A stretch of DNA of 63,240 nt, filler included, from Choristocarpus tenellus KU-1152 (GCA_964200185.2; 10 parts of 10 records of this genome joined end to end with filler, not necessarily neighbours in it), one strand, 5' to 3'. Shown: positions 1 to 14,038, counted from the whole stretch's first letter. A program made the numbers and translations. Notes: generated by a model not told the origin, from the sequence alone.

Positions 1-238
1 ATTTCAAGTGGAGACCTATTCCCCCCCCCCACCCACTCCCAAAAAGAAATATAAATAACTCCATCTGTTCGATTCATCGAAAAGGTAATGGCGTAGTGTG
101 CGCAAGGTTCCTCTCGTTGCGTTTTGGACTACCTCGTTCGTGGAAAGTACCGTCTGAGACGAATTGCTATGCCTACTGACTAATTACTATGTGTCGATGG
201 TGCTAATAATAGGAGCCTGCCTTCCCACTCCTACCCAG

Positions 239-1043
239 TCAGTCCAACGTAAGGGATGAAGCACGCTCTGAAGTACTTTCGTTAATATTAGAATACGATT
301 TGGTAGATTCTCTCTTATGGACAAGGAAATTGTCCCTTGCGCTTTTGATTTCTGTCCGAGGAACGCCAACGCTTGAACAAGAAGTTTCCAGGACATCCTT
401 GGCGTTTGTGTAATAATACAACAGGAATGAACCTCATCAGGGCGAGGTATATTCGTAGATTGTTTTGTGATACACACTCTCAAGTCACGTATTGCTCACC
501 TTAATTAGTCCTGTGCAGTAATTGCAAATAGTTAACAACAGTATCCGACCTCATGGTTCCTCCGTGCGTGGGAAGTCCACCAGGGGATCTTCTATCAAGG
601 AATGGGGGGATTTTACCTTCGGTCGTGGTCAGATTTTATTTTCGATGGATTACGAACCACTTAGCAAGCGTAACAAAACGATACGCCCCTGAATTCTCTT
701 CTCTCTTGTCGTTTAGCGACAAGAGAGAACTGGCCTATTGTATCCTAGAGAGAGGGGGTCAGGTGTCCATTCGGACCTTTGTGACCCTGTAGTGGATTTA
801 TTGTCATCTGACTGAACATATCAGGTGTGTGGGCAATTTCCTTCATGTGGACGAACCTTCATTTTCTATCCCTCTTGTTGGACCAAATCTGAACGAAAAT
901 CGCCCCCGAAACGAGAATCATCAAACTGTTTGTTTGTAACATCCTATCAAGCCTCGAGCGGACGACCTAAGCTAAACACCCCCCCTCTATGATAGTATGG
1001 GCCTACTGATCGAGATTCGAGGGACAGGCGGAGAGACAATTGA
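239..1043 (+). CDS. 3' exons of an unknown spliced gene
   Basis: Phase-compatible AG/GT-bounded exons (~239-302, ~583-620, ~717-762, 996-1043) read ...NVRDEARSEVLSLILEYDL|GIFYQGMGGFYLR|DKRELAYCILERGGQ|YGPTDRDSRDRRRDN*. No recognisable domain. Confidence 0.35.
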
Positions 1044-1673
1044 TAGGACGGCTGAACCCAAGAGATGAGAAAAAAATCCAGGCACGCAGGATGAGTGCAC
1101 GAAGAATTGGTTCATGGTTAGTTCATGAGAAATAGTAGAGTATGTAATTCCTCCAAGCACAGGACGAGGCTAGGTAGAGTTGGGCTAGGTTTCTAGTACC
1201 CGACTGAAGCGTAAGTAATTAGTGCAATAATACAACAAAATAACAATGTATTACTCCATTTATGTAAATATATGTAATGTATGTAAAACTTGAACATCGT
1301 AAAAAAGGGATCTTTCCCACGTTTCTAGACCGTCTTCATAGTGGTAGTAGTCTACAAGAAGTAGTTTCAAGTGTGTATAGAAACAATCTTGTGAAGGATA
1401 CAAGGGGTATCATACTTTCAAAGGTAACATTTTATGTAGATAATATAAAAAGCGTATGTACAATATGTATGTATGTATGTATACATATATACATATCTTG
1501 TGTCCTTGACGATGTTGGTGGTGTTGATGATGTTTGTTCTCCCCTGGGCGCTAGAGATTGGAACCATCTTGGTGTATCACTTCATTATTTTTCGCTTATC
1601 GCCTTGGCGTGAACTCTGAGACTACTCCAATGAACGTGAACACAACGGAAAAAATAGCATCTCCAGAAACAAA

Positions 1674-4600
1674 TCAGAAGAACTCCAATCTATCATTTCC
1701 TTGTGCAATTTGCCTCCATGTCTCTGGCTGCTCACACAGCTACTATTGGAGGTTAGTCACCGATGCTAAGGCACGCACTAACTCGTAGAAAAACAAATCC
1801 TTGAAATATTTCACGGGAAGGTGTATCCACCAATCACACTACGGCCATGTGCCTATGGCCTATGATTGGTTCATGGAAGCATCCCATCCAATCAAAACCT
1901 AAACAACCACAAGCCATGCATGTACTGCTTTCAATGTTTTATGTTCATTATTGATCGAAACCTTGACTCTGCTGTTCTACTTTGATATCATACCTACCTG
2001 GAGGGTGCCAACATATAATGGTGGAGAGTATAGAACTCAACAAGTATTGTCACTCAATTTACCACCTCAGTTAACCCTATGGTGTGTTCCGACCAAACCT
2101 CTTCTAGGTCCTATGGCTATCTTCTTTTCTTCCCAGACCATCCAATAAAACTAAGCCACTTCGCAAATCATTCTTTCATTCAATACTCCCTAAACATGCA
2201 CCCTCCTCCCTAATCCTACCACTTCTACTTGAGTTCTACTGCCTTAGCCCTTCCTTCTCACAAGACCAAGTACTTCCTACACTAGCCCATCCTACGATTG
2301 TGTTCCAAGTAGAACTACCATATATGGTACAAGCACAAGTTGCCTACCACAAAAACCTACAGGTTTCCCTACACCTCTCTTCCTTTTTGTTTCCCAAATC
2401 CTCTTTGGAATACCTCTCCACGACAAGTAAGATGGGTAAGCTCTCATGCACTGCCACCCCACTCACCCTCACCCTCCCTCTATGGTGAACCACACACACA
2501 TGAATGCGGCTGCAGCCTCACCATGCTCACTCCACTGGCTGCAAGTGTGAAGCCTGCAAGCGGACCATCTCATAAACGTTGTTGACGGTGTAGCAATGAA
2601 TCCGCGAAGCGGAACGCATATGAAAAAGGTTGGGGAGGTAGTGCTGTTCAAATCGACGCTGAAGAAGGATGCGGAGGTAGCGATCCTTGAGGTTATACCC
2701 CACCTGGTTCTCCACTATAGCATCATCCTCAACTTTCCCCTCATTTAACTCCCCTAGACGCCGATCCCTCCACAACGGTGCAATAAGCCCACCTCCTATC
2801 CTATGGCTTCCATCAGTCCTGTCATTTCTTTCTTCAACACCACTCTCCCTCTTGCCTGCTTTACAATATTTCATTCCCGAGGTATCCTGACTGTCCCTGG
2901 AGTCCACTACACCCAGCGTCCCACCCTGATCTTCCCGTGCCCCTTCAGGGCAGTGAAAGAACCTGGAACGGAGAATTTCAAAGTTTTTCTTCTCAGCTGC
3001 CATATTGCTGCCTAAAATACGTTCAGCAGACCTTCCTGCCACTCCCATTTTCGACAATTGCCCCTTTTCTTCTTCCTCTTCCGCTTGGACAATCTCCTGA
3101 AGAATGGTATTAACAGCAGTGTCATCTTTGGCCCCAAGGGCAAAAAACTCTCGCTGCTGAAAAACGTCTATTGGGAGGGACTCCAAGTTTCCGAAGAAGT
3201 TAAAACGCAAACGTCGCTTTCGTTCCATCTGAGCATCAAGTGTTTGCTTGCGCTCACGTCGCAACTGACGTTGCCTTAGGACCTTCAGCCTGTCAAAATG
3301 TTGCATCATTGGGGGAGGGGGAGGGGGGGGGTTTGTCACAGCGGACACAACTGATGGCAGGGCGGGTTTTTGATGGGAGAAAAGGAATGCTGGTAGGATT
3401 GAGGAGAAGAAAACAGACAACTGGGAGAGGCTATTTCTACATGTGCCAAATTGAGAGATGTATCAGGTGAGAAAGCAGAGGTTGAAGGAAGAAGAAGGCT
3501 CTACTCTGCTGGGTTGTGAAGAACAATATAGTGCAGTTGGGACATCTCTGTATAGTAAGCTCTCCAAGGTTGTTAAGTCAGCATAGCAGGAAGCCAGGAA
3601 GCCTAGGATCTTGTCATCATTCACCCTTGGCATCCTTCTGGGAGCTTCAAGTCAATCGTGCATATCCTTCCCTCTATTGTTGATATCACCCCAAAGGATA
3701 TTAGGATGAAGGAGTGTCATTTCCACAGAAACAGTTACAATGGTGAAAAGGTGCGCAGAGACGTTGTACCAGGGAGAAAATCGCAGTACATAGCAATCAA
3801 TCCACTGCTGCAATACATTGGCTGAGCAAGAGATTGTCGTATAGTGAAGGAAACACAGAGTATTTTGCTCCGTACGTGCTACATTAGGCACCGCTAATTG
3901 TCTACCCCAGCCGATGATAGGAATATGCTACCATGGGACAGACAAAAGTGGACAAGAGGTATCAGAAGGTCAGAAGAGCCGTAAAAGGACGGGTGCCAGA
4001 CAGATCTGACCGCGAGAACAGTGAAGGGCAGGAGAGGGCAGGGATGCACCCGCCATAACAAAGGTGAGCGGATGCGGACAACAAGGGCACCTATCATGCC
4101 CGCAGAGAACACTGAGCCCCTCCATCAACTCCTCTCTTGAGAGTGTGCCACCGCCATCTCCATCCTTGAACAAATTGAAGAAACAAAACAAGGGAGTAAA
4201 ATTTTGTATCCTGTGGAGTGTGTGCTAATGTGTCTGCTATGTTCGAAAAGGTTGGCACGGTGATGAAGAGTCTTGTTGGGATGGCCTCTTGGCTATCCTT
4301 GTGCAGTCACCGATAGTGATACTCCATGGAGCTAAACTACCGGAGGGGTGGGCAGGTTTGGACCCTTTTGCATTCTAAGCTTCATTTTTACCCCGTGCAA
4401 TGCACCCAATTTCATTGCTTTTATGTGCACAATAGTGTATGCAAAAGTGACATTCCCCCTTTCCACATGCAATTTGACACCACAGTTCAGCAAGGGCTCT
4501 TTCTGCAATTGTACAAAATATCATGCTTTTGTCCTTTGTTGGGATACTTCAACTGCAATCCTGCCTACCTCTTATCTAAGTTGGTTTGACTCACGAATGT

Positions 4601-6205
4601 GTTCCAGTGATTGCAGGCGTAGTGTACTTGGCATGCTCGCACTGGCAGGAAGGAAATGTGCTACATTACACTGGTAATTGGGAATTGAAATTAAATTTGA
4701 GTTTGAAAACACACATCCACATATTTGCCAACCTGTGCGAATTTGTGCAATATATGCCCTAGTGTAATGGACAGATATACATATCTATCATCTTCATATT
4801 TGCCACAGGTAGAGGATGCTCAGAGGTTGAGCACAGTCAAGATCCTACTGAACTATGACAAATTAATTTTAGGCTGTCTAGTGACTATCGAGATTGCCAC
4901 AGGATACAGAGATAGAAATAGTGACATAGTGTTGGTCCTAAGATCTGAGATGTATGCGCCTTTGAAGTACCTTGATTGAGAAAGCGAAAGGTGAATGGTG
5001 TACTTGGCTGTACTCCAGGGTCAAGACCCTATATTCAATGCGTTGGGAAATGAGTTGCACAAAATGGATACAGAAGACCAAAGCAATCGGCTTTATCTCA
5101 CCAATGCCTTGAAGAGGTCACTAGTTCGTAAGTGCTTGAGGCGTAACTCATCGTCAATCTTTCGCAGGCATGATGATAGTCCTTCGTTTGCTACTTTCCC
5201 TTGCTTTGCGGCACTGATGGACACTTGAAACTCCTGCCACAAGTGAGATGCAAATTGACATCGGAAAAATAATCAAATTAATGTAAGGGGAAGAAGACGT
5301 TTCATAGAGTGTGCCCGTTTGAGAATTGGTGAGAGAGATGGACGAGTCGTAAGACTTAAAAATAGTGGAAAATATCATTATCTATATGTTGGCAGATCCG
5401 CCCTACTGCTTTTATATATATATATATGTAGTCATCCTCCTGCAACCCAAAGGTTGCTTGCCAATCACAATGAGTGAAATATAACCACAGGGCGAATGGT
5501 GCCATATTCAAGTTTCGAATAGAAACACTAAAAGAACTTTAGAACACTGACAGAATATCGATATTGCACAAGGGATTAACGAACTATCCCCAACGAGCAG
5601 GTTTTGAACAGGTCAAGAAAACATGCGCATGATATTAGGGAGAGGAAGAAAAAAATGACTTCACGCCCATGTGGGTGGAGATAGTTGATTCTATTCTAGT
5701 CTGGAACAGTCCACTTGGCATTGCCTATTCCCTTCGCCCCTGTTCCACCCCAAAATGAAATCTTGCCAGAAGTACACACCCTCTTGCCACAGAGCCCCTC
5801 CATGCCTGTTGGAGTGCTCAGTGCAGGGTAGCACAACACCCCTACCAACCTCCAAATCGATCTCTCCAGACTGGTCCATGTCCATGAAGTTTAGAACACT
5901 TTCGAGTTCGGTGTCTGACAACTTTGGGGTGCATGTGTCGTTCGACCCGGACTCCAGTGCGTTTATGATATCTTCAATCCTTTGCCTTGTCGTTCTGGCC
6001 CGCATCAGACTGGATCGAGGAAGCCTCTTCGTGGCATGTACCCGGAGAGGTTCCAATATTTTTTCCACATCCCCCAGGTTGCCACCAAGGGTCGTCACTG
6101 AATCATCACTCGCACGCTTACCATAGTGGAGGCTTCCCTTCCACCTTTCTTCGTCTTGAAGTCCTTCTCCAGTACAAACCCTGTGAAGCCTTTGCTTCAG
6201 CACAC
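1674..6205 (-). CDS. EF-hand calcium-binding protein (multi-exon; 5' end unresolved)
   Basis: Exons ~6205-5850, 5233-5102, 4164-4091, 3289-2566 and 1739-1674 splice in phase at GT/AG. Two canonical EF loops form across the junctions: FMDMDQSGEIDLE|EF and LFKAL|DGDGGGTLSREEL. A CTAAC branch motif precedes the last exon (LCEQPETWRQIAQGNDRLEFF*). Confidence 0.8.
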
Positions 6206-7479
6206 TTGTCGTATCATTAGCCGAGTCCGAAAAAGGGAAGAGATGTGTGTGGTCTGGGAGACTATGTAGCTTAGTGGTGGTTTGATTGTGGTTAACGTTA
6301 AAGAGTGTGAGAATCGACTTAACTGCACAGAATATGTTTATGCGCCGTCAGAACCAGGCAAGGGAAGTATTTCTGAGACAACAAGCAACAGGCGATAGGG
6401 AACAATTGTCTTTAACAAGGTAGGGGGGGCAGGAAGGATTACTGTGTTGTAGAAACTGCTCCCTTTCAATACAACAGTTAATGCAATGTTCTCTGGCGAT
6501 GGACCAATCACGATGTGCCACCATTATTTGTTATGTCTCAAGACTTTCCTTTCACCAACACAAATATGTACACGTGTGACTGGTATGTGTGTGAGGTCAC
6601 ACTCTCCTCGGAGGATTTTCGGGCTACAACAGTTGCACTTCGAAGTGCCACATCTAGAACGCAGCCTCACAACGGTTCATAATCTCAACCACGTAGAGAG
6701 TGACATATTCATGCTCCCCTGTAAACCGACATTATCCTGCACTGGCACTGTTTCGTATTGCGCTTGGTTTCGTTTCCCTATATGATACTGGTATTTCTCA
6801 GAAGCTCACCCAGAAGCACGAGATGGTACACGAACTGGCTCATCTTTATCCTTACCACGTCGAGGCTGGGTGTGTTGCCCTGAGGATCACAGCCGTGAAC
6901 AACACGACACCGACGATGCATCAAGGAGTGGCAGAACGAGATACTATTGTTTGCTGTCCTGGTAAACATCCCACATGATCTAGTCTCGGCAATATCTGTT
7001 CTTCTCGGTGTTACTGACTTATCCTTACTTACCTAGTATCGTCGCAGGCAAGAGTGGGACCTCGTTGACATCGTTCTTATCACGAACGCGGACTCTCATA
7101 AACCCATAAACAAATAAGGGTTTCTGGAATGGACGCCGAAAGGAACGTTGGTTATCGGTTGTCCTCCAATGAGTACTGAGACAAACACACAGATTGATAA
7201 CCTCACTCAACACTCGAAGGAATCATTACTATTTATGTCTAATGTCAGCAACTGCTCTAATGTAATAAAGGTTTACATGTCAGACAACAATACAAATATA
7301 TAGTATAATAAAATTGTTGTATACACTTCTGGTGGTCCAGAGTTTAAATATTTCGTGCGATATACAGAAACAATGAAACGTCGAAATTCCCGTGTGACAG
7401 ACACGCAAGAAATAACAAGTGAGAACTGAGAATGAGAAAACCTTCACAAATACTAAGAAACAGGTACCTCTATTATTAA

Positions 7480-7635
7480 GGTTCAAAATATCTGGTTGGG
7501 GGTGGTGGCTGTCCATTCGGGGCCCATTTTTCCATGTCGCTATTTTTGGGTGATTTGGTGGATGCGTCGGATGGATAATGTAAGTGCACTTTTCCAGGTT
7601 AGGGTCCGAATGAACACCGTGGTGTAGATCTCCCT
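7480..7635 (+). mobile_element. MITE-like family B copy
   Basis: Aligns by eye to 16809-16958 (caaa-tatctgg..gtccatt-gggg..tttttgggt-atttggt..tgcactttt..acacc-tggtgtaga). Confidence 0.6.
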
Positions 7636-7650
7636 TGTCGCCGTACCCCT

Positions 7651-7750
7651 NNNNNNNNNNNNNNNNNNNNNNNNNNNNNNNNNNNNNNNNNNNNTTAATT
7701 AATTAANNNNNNNNNNNNNNNNNNNNNNNNNNNNNNNNNNNNNNNNNNNN
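7651..7750. other. Assembly linker N44-TTAATTAATTAA-N44 (also 14180-14279, 16959-17058, 22406-22505, 28674-28773, 32629-32728, 35453-35552, 44348-44447, 49845-49944)
   Basis: The identical 100-nt block, with a 12-mer giving stops in all six frames, occurs nine times. Artificial. Confidence 0.97.
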
Positions 7751-7792
7751 GGGGGGGGGGGGTGGGAGGGGGCGCGGGTGGGGGGGCCGGGG

Positions 7793-7830
<38 letters not shown>

Positions 7831-8410
7831 CTCTGCAACCTCCCCGACAGGTTCAGCAGGGTGACCGCTTCAGGTTGCCGTTGCGATTTCCAATATTAAA
7901 TAAAAAATAACCGAATTAAAATGGAAACTTTTTTTTGTCTTGTTTTCAGCCGAGTTGAGTTGAGTTCGAGCTTTTTTTTCCGGTTCGGTCTATATCCCGA
8001 TCGATTGAACTAAATTCGATGTAACTGTCGCAGTTCACACCTCTCACGCAGCGCAAGAAAGGACCATGTACGCCAACGAAAGAGCTCAATTACCAAGTTC
8101 GCTCCAGTTCGCTCCACAACAACGGAGCAGGCGGTCAACCTACAGTCTCACCTACCCTCTCCATCTGGGGACAATACGCACAAAAAAGCAAGGGGGCGTC
8201 GGCACAATCACCGCAGAGCCATGCACACAGAACAGTCAAGTCTGCGATCTGGTGGCAATGCCAACAACACTCTGTGACAAACGCAGCATGAAAAGTCTTC
8301 ATTCAGAGCACATTCCAATAATCCCTGCCTGCCAAGCCTGCTACAACAGTAAAAATTGTCTTCAACGGTGCCAGTCACATTCCCCTCCCCTCTCCCCCCC
8401 CACCTCTCAC

Positions 8411-11400
8411 CTGTCCAATCTCCTTGGTAAAGTTGACAGCTATTTCCACGGAGTCGTCTGTTGGTTCCTCAAGCAACACAGTAAGCAGCTGCAGTGCCAG
8501 CAACTCATGCGCTACCTTGATTGAGAAACAGACAGCAATAGGAAGCCATACAGGAGGGGGGGTGGGGGTGGAGTGGGGTGTGAGGGGGGAGGGGTGGGCA
8601 CAGAGGGAGAGAGGATCCAATATCAAAAGTTGTGTGTGTCTTTCCTAAGCTACCCAACAGTTTAATCTATGTTTGACACAATAATACCTCCGTGACAAAA
8701 CCTCTACTTTTCATTTCTCACATGACTTATCATGACCCCAGACGGTGCCTTGACCTCATATTCAAACACAAATTTACATTTCAAACTTATAATAATATAT
8801 ATAATATCCCTGTGGTTCCTCCCAAGAACGGGTTGATTCACGGGAGCATGATGGTGCCTGGCCTGACAATGGCTTCTTCGCCAAGGGGTAGTACATAAAG
8901 GGATAGCAAGAACTAAAAATCTCGTACAGCCTACCCAAACATTCTCAACAATACAATACGTCAGTATATAAGGAAAAATACATACAATACCAGAATGGGT
9001 AGGTGGTGTAAAAAGTGTGAAAGCTATCAGTCTTATAATCAGACCAGTATCAAACACCACTGCCACATACAAAGCCACAATCGCACGGTTTCTTTTTACG
9101 GAAAAACCATAAATCTCTTCCATTTCACAAAACAAAGGTGTGTCCCCCACCCCCCCAACCCCCCAACCCCAACAGTGAGAGAACCCGATCCTAAACCCAG
9201 CCTATAGATTGGAACTGGGCCATTGGTACCGCACAACATAGGTACTCACTTTGCCCTTCCCCAAGAAAACAATCACACACAAATTACCATCCATCGCCAA
9301 ACCAACCACCAGCACTTCATGCCCATACTTCATACTTCATACCCAAATCACCTGAACTCTCCCCCATTCACTCTCCACCCCAACTCCTAACCCCCAGCAT
9401 ACACGCCAACTAACAACTAGCCGCCTACTCCATCTGGTGTTGGCTCCACAACCCACATCAACCACCCCCACAACCCCCATCAACCATCTCCACAACCCAC
9501 GTCAATCATCCCCACACCTGCTGGTTCACAAGGTGCGCGATGAACTTAGCAAGCGCCGTGGCAACCACCTTGTCCCGGCGCTTGTAGGCCCGCCGGAACG
9601 CCACAATCACCCTCTTGAGGATAAGCTCCCCGTTCTCCGGCAGCTTAGTATTGACCACTGCCACCAGCGATGAAAACACTGGGGTGAAGCCAGGGGAGGC
9701 TAGCTGCGCCTTCATCACAGCCCTGGCAAACACACCACGCCCACGAACCAGGTTCAGCTGGAAGAGCTCTGGGGCAATCATCTTGATGTTGGTTGTATTC
9801 ACCTGTTTGTCCCCATTCATGATTGGGTTGGGTTTGTTTGTTTTTTTGGGGGGGGGTTGTGAGAGTGGGGCAGAGATGAAGACAATAAAACAGTTGAGAT
9901 GAGATCTTTAGGGGCATGCAATGACAAAACAATAGGATGATGTAATATGACATCTCAAAGCCTCTTTGTGATGGAGGCTGCAGATCCAATTTTTTTTATC
10001 ATATTACTGATATTTGCTCCAAAGCAGTACATCATTGAGTGCTTGGGGTATATAGACCCTGTGCACAATCTGCCAGACCCTTTAACAACATAAACAGGGG
10101 TGTTCAGGAAGCAGTGCTGATGTTGGGTGCATAAATATGACAGGAGACTTTCAAAACAGTGCACACCATGCAGGGTTATTCTTGTGTATTATCAACAACC
10201 TACATGTATAAATACCATCTCCACAACAAAGAAATAAATTAAGACCAGGTTAGGACCAACCCATAAACTGAATTGTTGGACTTACATTATTGACAAATCA
10301 TTATTTTTAACCAGTCAGGGGGGTTCTGATTTTGCGACAGGACAGGGAGGGTGAGGGGGGGGGATATTTTCTGCAAAACAAAGCACTCACCAATATGGAA
10401 TACACCATATCAGAACGAACACAAACGTCACACAAGTTCGCAACACACCTTGTTAATAAGACCATTGATACTCTTTCGAAGGGCTTCCCACGCCATGCGC
10501 TGATACTCACGCGTCTTCTTCCCCAACATACCCATTTCCTTCTGCATCTGCGCAAGCTTGAAGGGTGGGACGTAAACGCCACCAGTTCGTCCAGTAATAG
10601 TTGCGGGTTGATCCACCAGAATATTAGCCTTGGCCTTTGGCTTCTCATCTGCTTTGGGCTCTGTTTTCTCCTCGGCAACCCTTCCGACGCCCTTATCCCT
10701 GTCCTTGCCCCCGTCGCTGCGGTCGCGCCTCCTCTCCACCTTGCTCTTCGCTTCATCATCACCACCTCGGCGCCCCTCCTTAGTGTCCCCATTCGCTCTG
10801 CCCCCATCCCGGCGTTCGTCTTTGCCTCTTCTATCTCGTCTGTCTCTGCCCCTGGACCCAGACCACGATCTATCTCTCCTTCGTCGCCTTCCATCGTCCC
10901 CCTTCCTTGCCTTTTCCCTGCTCCTGCTCCTGCTCCTGCTTCTGCTGCGCCGTCTCCGCTTACTGTCCCTACCAATATCGGTCTTGCCATTACTCTGCTG
11001 CTCCCCCTTAGGACCTTCGCCCCCACTTCTCTTTCCCCCCACTACCCTGCCCCGTCCGTCCTCCCGGGCATCCGTTGTCATGCTGCTGTTTCCACCCCGC
11101 ACTGCCGGTTTATCATCTGCAGGCACTCCTCCAGCCTCCTCCCCACCCCCAATATCTCTTGAAGACTTGGGCGCTTTCGGTACATACGACTTCCCGTTGA
11201 CCTCTTCCCGCCGATTATCCTTCACGGGAGTCGACGCTTCCTCATCTTTCCTGTTACTCCTCATAGAAGTTCGACTTCCCGACCCAGAATTTGACCCAGA
11301 ACTCGAGGAGGAAGAGGAAGAGGAAGAAGAAGAGGAAGAGGAAGAGGACGAGGAAGAGGACGAGGAGAGGGGCGACCTAGAACGCCCCCTTTTCCTCCTG

Positions 11401-11411
11401 TTATCAGACAT
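8411..11411 (-). CDS. CWC22: Pre-mRNA splicing factor CWC22 (N-terminal part, MIF4G domain), truncated by contig end
   Basis: Exons 11411-10449, 9802-9518 and 8515-8411, all phase 0. Hallmark sequences: GRTGGVYVPPFKL, EYQRMAWEALRKSINGLINK|VNTTNI, NLVRGRGVFARAVMKAQLASPGFTPVF, FIAHLVNQQ|VAHELLALQLLTVLLEEPTDDSVEIAV. The N-terminus is Ser/RS/RD-rich. Confidence 0.95.
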
Positions 11412-11866
11412 GGGAGAGATAAGGTGTTCTCCCTCTCCACCACTCCCTTCAATAAGCAACGGGAGCAACCTCGCTGTGGACACCCTCTCTCCCCGCGAAA
11501 TTTCAAGCGATAGGTGAAGCCAGCCTGTCCACGATTCGAATCACAACTCTGCGTCAATTCAAAGAGATTTTACAAGAATTCCGACTGATTCCAGGGAGAA
11601 GACCTTACCCGCCTCTTTCAATTCCCGTTTCGTTTGTGGAAGCCCCAGGTACCTTTTACAATGTACAGTTGTACTTTGTTTGACCAACTTCTCGTCTCTC
11701 GTGGCACAAGTACACAAGATGGTCTGGTCTTCGGCGCTCTGGGGCTTCCCACCCTTCACTGGAGACAAGCCTTTCCAAGGTGAAGCATTTTTTTTGGTTG
11801 AAGTGGTCATGTTGCCTGATTCCTTGTCGTGTACTCGCAACTAACGTCTCTAGAGGGTGCGCCGAC

Positions 11867-14038
11867 ATGGTACGCCATGAGACACCCCCAATCTATGTTC
11901 AGGGTTTGTTATGCTTGCTTGCCGTCTCCGCAGGCACGAATGGGGCATCACTCGGGTTTGTGAATGTGTGTTACACTCAATGACTCATGTTCCACCTTCC
12001 TGACTCCTTCCCTCCGTTTCTGTTTCCTTAGTACTACTATAGGTGATTGACTCTCATGAAAATATGCTTCAATCCCACATCCTGTAACATCGCACTGCGA
12101 CCATATCGTCGTATCAGTGTTTGAAATGCTCTTCTTTCGCTCTACCATGTCCTGTTCTAGTATTCCCACAGGATCAAGGAGTCATCGCCAAACGTGAAAT
12201 GGTGTAGGGTGGCACGCCGAGAAGGAAGGCTTCTACGAAATTTTGCATCTATGACGGGTGGGGATGGCGTGGTAACTGCGGGGAGGAAGGTGATGGTTGT
12301 AGCCTTGCTTGGACTCCAACTGTTCGGGGCCCCGTGCGCACAAGCAGCAAGAAAGACTGATTCGCAGGAATCATTGGATGCTCAGCGTTCCATGGCATTC
12401 GCTTCTACCTCGTCTTCTGAGGGAGAATCTGAAATGATCAGTGAGTCAATTTCCCCTTTTTGAAAACCATAAATTTGGTGTGTACCGCAAGGAACATCAA
12501 CCCTTTGAATTCTCGATGTTGAGGGATCTTGCCACGTGCAGATTGTTCATAGGTGACGCCTTTCTTCCCATCCATTTGTCGAGTGTCGAGATGGGCTATA
12601 TTTCTTAGAAATTATAGCTCTTCTGTCAGTGATGTGCTCTCTACTGGATCAATTTGGCCGGTTGTCTGTTTTCTTGTCTGCACCATTTTTCTTCTCTATT
12701 ACTCTAAATACAGTGTACCAATTGCTTTCTCGCAGATGATAGAGGTCCTTTATGGGTGTCCATCTACAAATACTACTTGTGAAGCCCCTCCTCTGGCTGA
12801 AACACCTTTGGGCAACCGTTGTCTTCACTTGCTTGAATTTATCCCCTCAACATAGCCCACACTACCATAAGGGGTTTCAACCACCCTGAATGAAATCCCT
12901 CCACCTCGGTCACATGTTGGCTACTAATGTAAACATTTTTTTCCTAGATAGAGTCGAACAATCATAATCTACCCTATGCGAAATTTTTACTCCTGTCGTG
13001 TGCTGAGTCACGTGTAGGAAGTGTATATGGCACCTGCAACTCTTGACATTCAACTCTGACAAACACCGACAGACACTGCTTGTCCTGCCCTTTGTATACT
13101 TACAGCAGTATGCTAGGAATACATAGAAAGAACCATAAGAGTTTGTTATTGCGACAAGCTTGGTCAACTGACTTTATCTCCCCTACCATAAGTGTGTGCG
13201 ATCTCAGAACATCAGTGTTGTGAATTGTACTTACTGTTCAATTAATTCATGATCAATTGAAACCAGGAGTTGACATGTCATTTTTTGGTTGTTTTTTTTC
13301 GGCTGGATGTACACCGGGTGTTTAGCTCGCGGACCGCCGCGCGGCACTTCATGCGCCTCAATCCGTGTGCTACGCAATCGTTTCAGCTATGATCAAGTAC
13401 AACAAGAATTTTGAGTAGATTTAGTGTATTAATACTCTTTATTGATCTGACTTTCAATTCGCCATACTATGGCACATCTGGTTTTCAAGCTTGTTTTTGA
13501 CTTCGCAGTAGCTGAAAACATAATGCTCCTATTCAAACATGTGGACATGTGCTTGAAACCTGTACCGCCGCTCCTTGCTGTGCCTCCTCCCATCAGAGGA
13601 GGTTGAGGAGTTCGAACTCCAGACTGAGGTGGAGGGTGAACTCAAGAGCAACAGCAAATTGAAGCCAGGTGGGACATGCCTTCGTTACATACAGATACGC
13701 AGTGGATGAGAAGCAAAAGGCCAAGGTCCCCAGTTAGTGTCTGCCACAAGGCCAATTTCTTCTCCCTGTTTCCAGTTCTTATGTATGGGGGTTTTTGTTG
13801 GCTGCCGGTGTTGATCTGCCACCCACCTGTCCCCCCTCAAAGTACTGCGATATTAAAATGAGTGAATGACCTGAAACAATTTTCTATAGAAGAACTTTTC
13901 CTAGAAGCGGAGCCATGCGCTCTTCTTATTGCATGGGGTTCAGTTAGAGCCCACAACGTGGGCCACCGTCTTGATAACAACGGCGAGAAAGATTACTTGG
14001 AAGGGGTAGGACAGTGGAGTACATCCTACCTGGCACAA
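11867..14038 (+). CDS. Unknown protein with multipartite targeting presequence (putative thylakoid-lumen protein), 3'-truncated
   Basis: Exons 11867-11955, 12172-12440, 13597-13668 and 13944-14038 are phase-compatible (2,1,1). The protein has a hydrophobic signal (GLLCLLAVSAG), an Arg-rich stretch, then GRK + hydrophobic segment + AQA. Confidence 0.6.

Noticed and set aside
6700-6978. ORF with an HELAH (HExxH) metalloprotease motif
   Set aside because: Short isolated ORF with no supporting context; local splice signals point to the minus strand; the motif arises easily by chance.
7216-7229. GAAGGAATCATTA resembling the 18S rRNA 3' end
   Set aside because: Imperfect 13-mer with no flanking rDNA similarity.
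7695-7706. Recurrent palindrome TTAATTAATTAA
   Set aside because: Always centred in N runs; an artificial six-frame-stop linker.
10307-11517. Long overlapping ORFs (276, 295, 239 aa) over CWC22 exon 1; likewise 20502-21035
   Set aside because: Shadow frames of GC-rich low-complexity coding sequence.
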